From contig NC_086097.1 of assembly GCF_963921235.1 (NCBI RefSeq), forward strand, positions 43,774,001 through 43,838,000: 64,000 bases of DNA, in the 5' to 3' direction. Below the pieces are notes generated by a model. It saw only the letters and a list, made by a program, of their open reading frames with translations. It was not told the origin of the DNA and did not search any database. A program made the translations under genes and the position numbers. The DNA is from Mobula hypostoma. Its lineage: Eukaryota. This document shows positions 24,808-35,400 of this stretch, one piece after another (the first letter of the stretch is position 1; every line of letters starts with the position of its first letter).

Positions 24808-27800
24808 GTAGAACCATAGAACATTTACAGCACAGAAACAGGCCTTTTAGCTCTTCTTAACTTTGCCGAATCATTTTTCTGCCTAGTCCCACTGACCTGC
24901 ACCTGGACCATATCCCTCCATACACCTCTCATTCATGTACCTGTCCAAGTTTTTCTTAAATGTTAAAAGTGAGCCCACATTTACCACTTCATCTGGCAGC
25001 TCGATCCACACTCACCACTCTCTGTGTGAAACCCCCCCCAATGTTCCCTTTAAACTTTTTACCCCTCACCCTTAACCCATGTCCTCTGTATTATTTCTCC
25101 CCAAGCCTCAGTGGAAAAAGCCTGCTTGCATTCACTCTATCTACACCCATCATAATTTTATATATCTCTATCAAATCTCCCCTCATTCTCCAGGGAATAA
25201 AGTCCTAACCTATTCAACCTTCCTCTGTAACTCAGTTTCTCAAGTCCCAGCAACATCCTTGTAAACCTTCTCTGCACTCTTTCAACCTTATTAATATCCT
25301 TCCTGTAATTTGGTGACCAAAAGTGCACACAATACTCCAAATTCAGCCTCACCAATACCTTATACAACCTCACCATAACATTCCAACTCTTATACTCAAT
25401 ACTTTGATTTATAAAGGCCAATGTACCAAAAGCTTTCTTTACAACCCTATCTACCTGTGACGCCACTTTTAGGGAATTTTGTATCTGTTTTCCCAGATCC
25501 CTCTGTTCCACTGCACTCCTCAGTGCCTAACCATTTACCTTGTATGTTCTACCTTGGTTTGTCCTTCCAAAGTGCAAAACATCACACTTGTCTGTATTAA
25601 ACTCCATCTGCCATTTTTCAGCCCATTTTTCCAGCTGGTCCAAATCCCTCTGCAAGCTTTGAAAACCTTCCTCACTGTCCACTACACCTCCAATCTTTGT
25701 ATCAACAGCAAATTTGCTGATCCAATTTACCACATTATCATCCAGATGATTGATATACCAACGTAGGTGACAAATAACAATGGAACCAGCACTGATCCCT
25801 GTGGCACACCACTAGTCACAGGCCTCCACTCTGAGAAGCAATCCTCTACTACCATTCTTTGGCTACTTCCATTGAGCTAATGTCTGATCCAGTTTACCAC
25901 CTCTCCATGCATACCTAGCGACTGAATCTTCCGAACTAACCTCCCATGCGGGACCTTGTCAAAGGCCTTACTGAAGTCCATGTAGACAACATCCACTGCC
26001 TTCCCTTCATCTACTTTCCTGGTAACCTCCTCGAAAAACTCTAATAGATTGGTTAAACATGACCTACCACACAAAAAGCCATGTTGACTCTCCCTAATAA
26101 GTCCCTGTCTATCCGAATACTTGTAGATCCTATCTCTTAGTACTCCTTCCAATAATTTACCTACTACTGACATCAAATTTACCGGCCTATAATTTCCCAG
26201 ATTACTTTCAGAGCCTTTTTCAAACAACGGAACAACATGAGCTATCCTCCAATCCTCCGGCACCTCACCTGTAGATACCGACATTTTAAATATATCTGCC
26301 AGGGCCCCTGCAATTTCAACACTAGTCTCCTTCAAGGTCTGAGGGAATACCCTGTCAGGTCCTGGGGATTTATCTACTCTAATTTGCCTCAAGATCGCAA
26401 GCACCTCCTCCTCTTCAATCTGTACTACTTGTTTGTCTTATTTCCATAGACTCCATGCCAGTTTCCTTAGTAAATACTGACACAAAAAATCCATTTAAGA
26501 TCTTCCCCATTTCTTTTGGTTCCATACATAGCCGACCACTCTGATCTTCGAGAGGACCAATTTTATCCCTACCTATCCGTTCACTCTTAATACACCTGTA
26601 GAAGCTCTTTGGATTATCCTTCACCTTGACTGCCAAAGCAACCTCATGTCTCCTTTTAGCCCTCCTGATTTCTTTCTTAAGTTTTTTTTTGTACTTTTTA
26701 TACTCCTCAAGCACTTTATTTGCTCCCTGTTTCCCATACATGTCATACATCTCGCTCTTCTTCTTTATCAGAGTTCCAATATCCCTTGAGAACCAAGGTT
26801 CCTTATTCTTATTCACTTTGCTTTTAATCCTGACAGGAACATACAAACTCTGCACTCTCAAAATTTCTCCTTTGAAGGCCTTCCACTTACCAATCACATC
26901 CTTGCCAGAGAACAACCTGTCCCAATCCATACTTTTTAGATCCTTCCTCATTTCTTCAAATTTGCCCTTTTTCCAGTTTAGAACCTCAACCCAAGGACCA
27001 GACCTATCTTTATCCATGATCAAGTTGAAACTAATGGTGTTATGATCACTGGAACCAAAGTGTTCCCCCACGCACACTTCCGTCACCTGTCCTAACTCGT
27101 TTCCTAGTAGGAGATCTAATATTGTATCCTCTGTAGTTGGTACCTCTATATATTGATTTATAAAACTTTCCTGAACGCATTTTACAAACTCTAACCCATC
27201 TAGACCTTTAACAGTATGTGAGTCCCAATCAATATGTGGAAAATTAAAATCCCCTACTATCACAACTTTATGTTTCTTGCAGTTGTCTGCTATCTCTCTG
27301 CAGATTTGCTCCTCCAATTCTCACTGACTATTGGGTGGTCTATAATACAACCCCATTAATGTGGTCATACCTTTCCTGTTTCTCAGCTCCACCCATATGG
27401 CCTTGGTAGACAAGCCCTCTCATCTGTCCTGCCTGAGCACTGCTGTGACATTTTCCCTGACTAGCAATGCCACCCGCCCCCCCCCCCCCACCCTTCATTC
27501 CTCTGCCTCTATCACGTCTGAAACATTAGAATCCTGGAACATTAAGCTGCCAGTCCTGCCCCTCCTGTTGCCAAGTTTCACTAATGGCTATAATGTCGTA
27601 ATTCCATGTGTCAATCCACGCCCTCAGCTTGTCTGCCTTCCCCACAATACTCCTTGCATTGAAATAGACACACCTCAGAAGATTATTACCACCACACACA
27701 ACCCTTCTATTTGTGACTTTGCATGAACTTTTAACATCATTTATTTTCACTCCCGCTCCACTATCTGCTCTGGCACTCTGGTTCCCATCCCCCTGCAAAT

Positions 27801-28038
27801 CTAGTTTAAACCCTCCCCAATAGCACTAACAAACCTCCCTGCAAGGATATTGGTCCCCTTGTAGTTCAGGTGTAACCCGTCTCTCTTGTACAGGTCCCAC
27901 CTGCCCCAGAAGAGGTCCCAATGATCCTGAAATCTGAAACCCTGTCCCCTACGCCAGTTCTTCAGCCACATGTTCATCCACCAGAGCATCCTATTCTTAC
28001 CCTCACTGGCACGTGGCACAGGTAGCAATCCTGAGATT
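24808..28038 (-). mobile_element. Long CR1 LINE (end of esterase ORF1 plus disrupted endonuclease-RT ORF2)
   Basis: ORF1 end (ISGLLPVPRASEG...DGLHLN...EGLN), APE motifs (YFNARSI, IAISETW, VGDFNFP, SDHN), RT motifs (GNYRPVNL, QHGF..GRSCLTNL, MDFSKAFDKVPH, SKFAVDTK); several frameshifts. Confidence 0.93.
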
Positions 28039-28189
28039 GTAAGTCTTTGTTTATGTATAGTTTTTTGTAAAATTCTATTGTATTTCATTTTTCCTTGCTA
28101 GAAAATGAATTTCAAGGTAGTATGTAGTAACATACATATTTTGATAGTAAACTTACTTTGAACTTTGACACCTGATCTCTTCATCCTGA

Positions 28190-28867
28190 TATACTGCGTC
28201 CGGTGCTCTCGATGTGGCCTTCTATATATTGGTGAGACCCGACGCAGACTGGGAGACCGCTTTGCTGAACATCTACGCTCTGTCTGCCAGAGAAAGCAGG
28301 ATCTCCCAGTGGCCACACATTTTAATTCCACATCCCATTCCCATTCTGACATGTCTATCCACGGCCTCCTCTACTGTAAAGATGAAGCCACACTCAGGTT
28401 GGAGGAACAACACCTTATATTCCGTCTGGGTAGCCTCCAACCTGATGGCATGAACATCGACTTCTCTAACTTCTGCTAAGGCCCCACCTCCCCCTCGTAC
28501 CCCATCTGTTACTCATTTTTATGCGCACATTCTTTCTCTCACTCTCCTTTTTCTCCCTCTGTCCCTCTGAATATACCTCTTGCCCATCCTCTGGGTCACC
28601 CCCCCCCTTGTCTTTCTTCCCGGACCTCCTGTCCCATGATCCTCTCGTATCCCCTTTTGCCTATCACCTGTCCAGCTCTCGGCTCTATCCCTCCCCCTCC
28701 TGTCTTCTCCTATCATTTTGCATCTCCCCCTCCAGCTTTCAAATCCCTTACTCACTCTTCCTTCAGTTAGTCCTGACGAAAGGTCTCGGCCTGAAACGTC
28801 GACTGCGCCTCTTCCTATAGATGCTGCTTGGCCTGCTGCGTTCACCAGCAACTTTGATGTATGTTGC
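28190..28867 (+). mobile_element. Penelope-like element 3' part with GIY-YIG endonuclease and hammerhead motif
   Basis: IYCVRCSRCGLLYIGETRRRLGDRFAEHLRS...VATHFN...LEEQHLIFRLGSLQPDGMNIDF is a PLE-type GIY-YIG domain; it is followed by the UTR/terminal repeat shared with the short copies. Confidence 0.92.
28769..28804 (+). ncRNA. Minimal hammerhead ribozyme motif
   Basis: AGTC-CTGACGA-AAGGTCTCGGCCT-GAAAC-GTC-GACT; all core nucleotides present. Confidence 0.65.
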
Positions 28868-29607
28868 TCCTCATCCTTAATACTGATCTCCTCCAGGATA
28901 TCCACCAATCTCACCCTGAATTCTCTATCTTACTCTTCCTTTGTTTTGAATAAAGATGAGAAGAAATCATTTATGGTTTTATGCAACAAGAAAGAATTAA
29001 TAAGGAATCTTGTAGTAAAGTTCCTCTAAGGGATAGTGATCATGTTACTGTAGAATTCCAAATGCAGTTTGAGCATCTTTATGATAGGTCTATGACCAGT
29101 GTCTTTAATTTAAATAAAGTAAATGATAATAGGATGAGGGAGGGAGGACCTGTATGAGGTACACTGGAAAACAAGAGACAGATCAATAGAGGAACAGTGG
29201 TGTATACCCAAACAACTGATGTACAAAGCTCGGCAAGAGCTTAGCCCAATCAAAGAGGGATTCAATGGGAAAGAAGCATAATTGAAAAGAGGTAAAGAAT
29301 ATTGATAAATTGTAAATGAAAGTGTGCAAAAAGCAAGTGTTAGGCCAGAGGTCTGGGAAGCTTTTAGGTTCCAGCAGCAGAAGACAAAAAAGTCATGCAA
29401 AGGAAAAAAATAAACTTTGATAGAAAGCTTGTATGTAATATAAAAATAAGGAAGAAATGTTTTGTTTGGATATCAGGCATATCCAACAAGGAATTAAGTA
29501 GTCAAATGGCAATTTGACTTTCATTCCAAAGGGGTGGGAATTTAAAAATGTGGAGGCTTTGGTGCAATGGTACAAGGTGTTGATGAGGCCTCATACAGTT
29601 TTGATGC

Positions 29608-29869
29608 TTCTTCATCTTCTTAAGGCTGTCACCCCTACTGTGGCATCGGCCACCGAGAGCAGCTTGCCAGGGTCCTCTGTCCTGGGCCAGCCTTTCAAGC
29701 TGTCCCAGGTGTAGATCATCTTCAAAAATCCTTTCTCTCCCAGGCATGAGGTGATTGAGCTTTTTTGGCATTTCTGTAGCACTCTGTTTATACAGGATGG
29801 GGTTACTAGCCCCATGCCCATCCCTCCTCCTTTCACAGCCAGGCTTGGGACTATCCACAGCAGTGTTAT
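29608..29869 (-). mobile_element. Short non-autonomous RTE-derived element inserted in a decayed CR1
   Basis: TSD AGTTTTGATGC (29597-29607 and 29870-29880); GAA-rich tail; RTE-like end (LERLAQDRGPWQAALGG). Confidence 0.6.
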
Positions 29870-30319
29870 AGTTTTGATGCCCTTAACTTAAAAAAAAAGA
29901 GTAACATTGGATGAAGTTCAAGGAAAATTCACAAGGCTAACTCCTGGGATGAAAGTGTTCCATAGAGAGAGACTAAATGGTTTGTCCTTTATTCCTTATA
30001 GTTAGAAGAATGGAGCATATGAAACGATGGGCATTGGAAGATCTCTTTCGATGTTCCTTCTGCACCACATTACCTTCCTGTAATAAATACTCACAGAGAG
30101 ACCCTGGAAAACATCAACTATTTCCCAAAAACACTAATGCACACTCAGATTGATGGAGCAACACCTCATATTCCATCTGGGTGGCCTCCAATCTGATGGC
30201 ATGAACATCAATTTTATAAACCTGGCTACTTCTCCCCTCTCCCGCTCCTCTCTTTTTCCATTCCCTATTCCTGTTCATTCTTAACCCTTCCCTTTTCACC
30301 TGGCCTTCATCTCCCTATG

Positions 30320-31066
30320 GTACAGGGTTAATGGTAAGGCACTGAGGAGTGCAGTGGAACAGAGGGATCTGGGAATACAGATACAAAATTCCCTAAAAGT
30401 GGCGTCACAGGTAGGTAGGGTCGTAAAGAGAGCTTTTGGTACATTGGCCTTTATTAATCAAAGTATTGAGTATAAGAGCTGGAATGTTATGATGAGGCTG
30501 TATAAGGCATTGGTGAGGCTGAATCTGGAGTATTGTGTTCAGTTTTGGTCACCAAATTACAGGAAGGATATAAATAAGGCTGAAAGAGTGCAGAGAAGGT
30601 TTACAAGGATGTTGCCGGGACTTGAGAAACTCAGTTACAGAGAAAGGTTGAATAGGTTAGGACTTTATTCCCTGGAGCGTAGAAGAATGAGGGGAGATTT
30701 GATAGAGGTATATAAAATTATGATGGGTATAGATAGAGTGAATGCAAGCAGGCTTTTTCCACTGAGGCAAGGGGAGGAAAAAACCAGAGGACATGAGTTA
30801 GGGGTGAGGGGTGAAAAGTTTAAAGGGAACATTAGTGGGGGCTTCTTCACACAGAGAGTGGTGGGAGTATGGAATGAGCTGCTAGACGAGGTGGTAAATG
30901 CGGGTTCTTTTTTAACATTTAAGAATAAATTGGACAGATACATGGATGGGAGGTACATGGATATGGTCCGTGTGCAGGTCAGTGGGACTAGGCAGAAAAT
31001 GGTTCGGCACAGCCAAGAAGAGCCAAAAGGCCTGTTTCTGTGCTGTAGTTTCTATGGTTCTATGGT
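30320..31066 (+). mobile_element. CR1 LINE 3' fragment nested in a Penelope remnant
   Basis: Open CR1 ORF2 C-terminus (30354 onward), (TTCTATGG)n tail; Penelope sequence on both sides (30150-30320 and 31067-31352). Confidence 0.9.
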
Positions 31067-32440
31067 ATCCTCCTCATTTCCTTTTTTCCACTGTCCTCTC
31101 TTATCAGATTCCTTCTCCTTCAGGCCCCTACTATTTCCACCTATTACCTCCCAGTTTCTTACTTCATTCCCCCGCCCCCACTCCTCACCTGGTCTCATCT
31201 ATGACCTGCCAGCTTGCACTCCTTCCCATCCCGTCTTCTTATTCTGACATCTGCCCTTTCCTTTCCAATCCAAGCCAAAACATTGACCGTTTATTCCCCT
31301 CCATAGATGCTGCCTGAATTGCCGAGTTCCTCCTGCATTTTGTGTAGGTTGCTGACTACTATCCATACTATACCAGCTTCAATACGCTGATACACTCTTT
31401 AATGTTTGGAGGAATAGGTACTTGCAGATCAAGACTCCCAGCCTGATGCGTAACTCATAGACTACTGGGTAACAGTGATCCCTGCCCTTCTGTTTGCTTC
31501 TGAGGCATCTCAAAGCACTTGAAAAATATCAATGCAGCCCTTGAAAAAAGAAATCCTTCAAATTCACTGGAAGGTTAAGCAATCCAAAATTGGTGCGCTT
31601 TTGCCAATAATGAGATCTTAATTGGCCACACTGCGCAAGGTATATCATTCATGTGCCTGACAAAGGACTTCTGAGCTCTGTGGTACAAGACAATTATCAA
31701 GCACACAGAGGAAAAGATGTATAATGTGCTCAAAGCCTTTTCAAATGCAAAATCCCACTAACCCATGGGGATATCTGCATCCCCAGGGATTCCGGTTGAG
31801 GAAGAAGCATTTGGGAAGCTGATGAGTTCAAGGTCGGGCATTGGGAGTACCCAGAGACCCTACAAATGCCAAAGACGCAACAGACGCATAGTAACAATGA
31901 CGATCGGGAGGCAAAGGCATCTTTGGCACCTCAAACTACCCAGCCATCCATTGACCACGACCTGCCCCATTTCTGGAAGAATCTGCTCATGAAAGTTTGG
32001 TTTCAATAGCCACCACATTACATAAGGAAATAGGAGCAGGAATAGGCTATTTGATCCCTCAAGCCTTACCTGCCTTTTAATCTGATCATAGTTTATCTAA
32101 CCCACCCTAACTACAACTCTGTGACTGATCCCCATTGCCCCCAACCCTTCTTTAAATTACCTGCCTCCACTTTACATGAGCTCATCTCCACAACATCCAG
32201 GGTGAAGTATTCCAGAGATTCACCCTCTTCATAAATCACAGCAGATCAACAAACAGTTGAGAAGGCAGAGTGAATATGAACTATTAACCCCAAGGGACAG
32301 CTTAAGATGAAAAGAAAAATGACTTGCAGTCACATGGGGTTAATCAGAATCAGGTTGATTATCACTGCCTTATATGACATGAAATTTGTTGAGATTACAA
32401 AATGGTATAAGAACATTATGTAGCATCATGTTAACTGATA

Positions 32441-33250
32441 GACCATAACACCTTAAGATATAGGAGCAGAATTAGGCCATTTGGCCTATCGAGTCTTCTC
32501 CACCATTTCATCATGTCTAATTCATTTTTCCTTTCAGCCCCAGTCTCCTGCCTTCTTCCTGTTCCCATCCCTTCATGCCCTGACCAATCAAGAATCTATC
32601 AACCTCTGCCTTAAATATACATAAAGATGGCTTCCACAGCTGCCCTTGGCAGAGAATTCCACAGATTCACCACTCTCTGGCTAAAGAAATTCATCCTCAT
32701 CTCCATTCTAAAAGGATGTCCCTCTGTTCTGAGGCTGTGTCCTCTGGTCTTAGACTCTCCCACCACAGGAAAACAGCCTCTGCACACATATTCTTTCAAG
32801 GCCTTCCACCACCTCATCAAGGTTTTAATCAGGTTGCCCCTTATTCTTCAGAATTCTAGTGAATACAGGCCTAGAGCCATCACACACCCTTCATATGACA
32901 AGCCATTCAATCCTGGCATCATTTGTGTGAACCCCCTTTGAACACTCTCCAGTTTCAGCACATCCTTTCTAAGATATGGAGCCCAAACCTTCTCCCAATA
33001 CTGCAAGTGAGGCCTCACCAGTGCTTTATAAAGTTTCACATGACATCCTTGCTTTTATATTCTAGTCCTCTTGAAATAAATGCTAACATTGCATTTACCT
33101 TCCTCACTGGACTCAACCTGCAAATTAACCTTTAGGGAATCCTTCACAAGGACTCCCAAGTCTCTCTGCGCCCGAGCGTTTTTTTTGTATTTTCTCTCCA
33201 TTTAAAAAAAAAGTCATCCCCTTCATTTCTTCTACCGAAGTACACGGCCA
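32441..33250 (-). mobile_element. CR1 LINE 3' fragment
   Basis: LYKALVRPHLQY..VWAPYLRKDVLKLESVQRGF; same subfamily as 9640-10487. Confidence 0.88.
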
Positions 33251-33896
33251 TGAACATTGTGCATCACTTCATATTCCCTCTCTCTTTCCAGAACGAAAAA
33301 TTCTCGTGTGCTAATCCATTTTATAGTTGTGGCCAAGGACATTCTTAGCAATTCTTGAGAAGACTGTCCATGCCCGACGCTGGCACCTGTGAATGGTGCT
33401 CACCGCCAAACGCCTGTGTCTCCCGCTAGTCATTGTTAACTAGGTACAGTTAACTGTTTTACTCCCCCCCCCCATTGGAATCAATTCGCTAATGGAGTTC
33501 TAGGTGGATAATGGAATTCCAAATCTAAGCAAGGGATTCCTTTGCCGATAGGATAATTATCATAACGCAACCGTTTGGCGCGGAGCTCTAAAGACGGTCT
33601 CGATCGTTATAAATGCACGCCAACGCCTCACCTGTACTGAGCGTTTGAGCGGGTCTGAAAAGGATTCACCTTATTCCGAATTAGCAAGCGTGATTGTTCA
33701 TTTGGAGTTTTAGCACCCAGTTGTGTATTTTGTACCAGGGGTAAAGAAAGCCGCCTCAAGCTTCCGAAAACTGAAATTTGTAGACCAATGTCAAGTCTGC
33801 TTTGCAAAGCTCATACACTTGTCGCTAGTTAATATCTAAACAAGCAGCTGCAGTCTACTTCAGTTAATTGTAAAGATAGCACGTGTAATTAAATAG

Positions 33897-33925
33897 TTTA
33901 TTTTTCGATTTTTGAATTCTTTATT
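33897..33925 (-). promoter_or_regulatory. Two AATAAA polyadenylation signals, probable dio3 mRNA 3' end
   Basis: TTTATT on + at 33897-33902 and 33920-33925, in an AT-rich tract downstream of the SECIS. Confidence 0.6.
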
Positions 33926-34066
33926 ATAAATTGTAATAAACGTTTGTTCTAAAACATGCGAAACAAGACCTTTTCTCAAAAAAAATACCACGAATGATTT
34001 CGAAACATCTCTGTCAACAGCCTCATTACAGTAGCGGTCTCTCAAACTTTGAGCACGGTATCCCGA

Positions 34067-34135
34067 GCACTTGTCACATCAGGCGCGGTTTCCAAGCAAA
34101 ATGCCATTTCAAAACCGGCTTTCACAAAAAAGTGC
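34067..34135 (-). promoter_or_regulatory. SECIS element (form 2, GUGA core) in dio3 3'UTR
   Basis: Minus strand reads GCACTT-TTTT-GTGAA-AGCCGGTTTTG-AAA-TGGCATTTTGCTTG-GAAACCGCGCC-TGAT-GTGAC-AAGTGC. Stem I is GCACTT/AAGTGC, the core is UGAA/UGAU, stem II is CGGTTTT/GAAACCG, with apical AAA and mini-stem GGCA/TGCT. It lies ~250 nt after the stop codon. Confidence 0.9.
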
Positions 34136-34385
34136 CAAGAATATCTACGAATTCCAATTATTATTTAACTCGCTTTTCAAGTAAAATGAAACTGTACAAA
34201 AACTATATAGTTTAAGTATATTTACAGATACTGTATACATTAAATATTATCGGAGAATAAAGCCACATTAACCATACATTACAAGTCACCGTGGATTTCA
34301 CGAATTCGTTCAGCAAAAAAAAAACCACCAGTATGCAGAATGAAATATATTAAACCTTTGTAAGAGTTCAGTGCATTTATTTCTT

Positions 34386-35159
34386 TTATACTTCAACTGC
34401 GGCAGTGCTGGAATTATCACTCTGATTTCTGTACTGGTCGAGCCACAATCTGAGTTCTGAGATCTTATAACCCTCTGGCCCCCTCCCTCCTTGATACACC
34501 ACTTTCTGATTGAGGAGGACATAGAGCCTTTCAAAATAAGCGCCGTAGGCTGCGCTGGAAGAATTGCTCATGCCGTCCGCCACAACAAAGCAACCAGGGT
34601 TCGCTTCCTTCATCAGATTGGCCGCTTTCAGACGGTCTTCCAGGCAACGGTGCTTTGGGATATCGTAAGGAGCATCGGTACTTATCCAGCCATCTGAAGG
34701 GTGGGCTTCCTCAATGTAGACCAGTAGAAAGTCTGCAATGTCTGCATACTGAGTGGCGACCCGCCGGAACGCCTTGAGGCGCGCCATGAATGGGGGTCAA
34801 GTGCAGCTCCCAAAGTTGAGAACCAAGGGCCTCGCATCTTGGTTGAAATCGAGTAGTCGGACCCTCCTGTGTTCTTGAAGTTCCACCACCTCGGGGTTTG
34901 GAGCCGGCGAACCCACGTGGGCCAATTTGAAGAAGTCTAGTTTCTGGCCGTGCCAGATCGCTTTGAGAGATTCGAAAGTAAACATTCGGTTTGTGTCCGA
35001 GACGCAAATTGGAGGATCGTCAGCATTTCCTTCGCTCTGTTTCCTGGACAGCATCCATTTACGGATGCACAAGATATCAAGGAGCAACAGAATAAGGACG
35101 GTTACTAAAAACCGGGGCAACAGGATCAACGCAGCCAACCCCTCTTTCAGGACATTCAT
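34386..35159 (-). CDS. dio3: Iodothyronine deiodinase type 3 (selenoprotein, single exon, 257 aa with Sec at TGA 34797-34799)
   Basis: ORFs 34797-35159 and 34386-34787 are in the same frame, joined by TGA-CCC-CCA-TTC. This gives the deiodinase active site NFGSCT-U-PPFMARL, followed by [16 protein letters not shown] and [11 protein letters not shown]...[10 protein letters not shown]. The N-terminal membrane anchor [24 protein letters not shown], the [14 protein letters not shown] motif and the lack of introns are type 3 features. Start context accATG; stop TAA at 34386-34388. Confidence 0.97.
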
Positions 35160-35224
35160 GGTTTGACTTTGGTCCTTGTTTTCCCCTCAATATTTGCCGA
35201 CTGCCGTGACTGAACAGCCACCGC

Positions 35225-35400
35225 TCACCCGCTTTTTAAAACACCCGATTTGAATGAAGACAGCCCCCGCCTCCATTTAGACCCGCCCCTCGGGATTGCT
35301 CGGCACCTACGGAACACCTCGTAAATGAGAATGGAAGGGGGCGGGGTGAGTGCGAGGAGACGGAAAGAGGGAGAGTAGAAGGTCAGGAGGTAGCGGTAGC
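35225..35400 (-). promoter_or_regulatory. dio3 proximal promoter (TATA-like box plus GC boxes)
   Basis: Minus-strand TTTTAAAAAG ~75-80 nt upstream of the ATG; Sp1-type GGGCGG boxes near 35265, 35283 and 35338; CpG-rich. Confidence 0.6.

Noticed and set aside
24808..28038. Active CR1 or a domesticated RT gene
   Set aside because: ORF2 is broken into several frames with damaged motifs, and the 5' end is truncated.
33985..34050. Possible second SECIS (minus strand TGAG...AA...GATG)
   Set aside because: I could not form a convincing stem II or stem I by eye.
34386..35159. dio3 as a pseudogene or as two separate ORFs
   Set aside because: The single TGA sits at the catalytic Sec position, the frame is otherwise intact and a SECIS is present.
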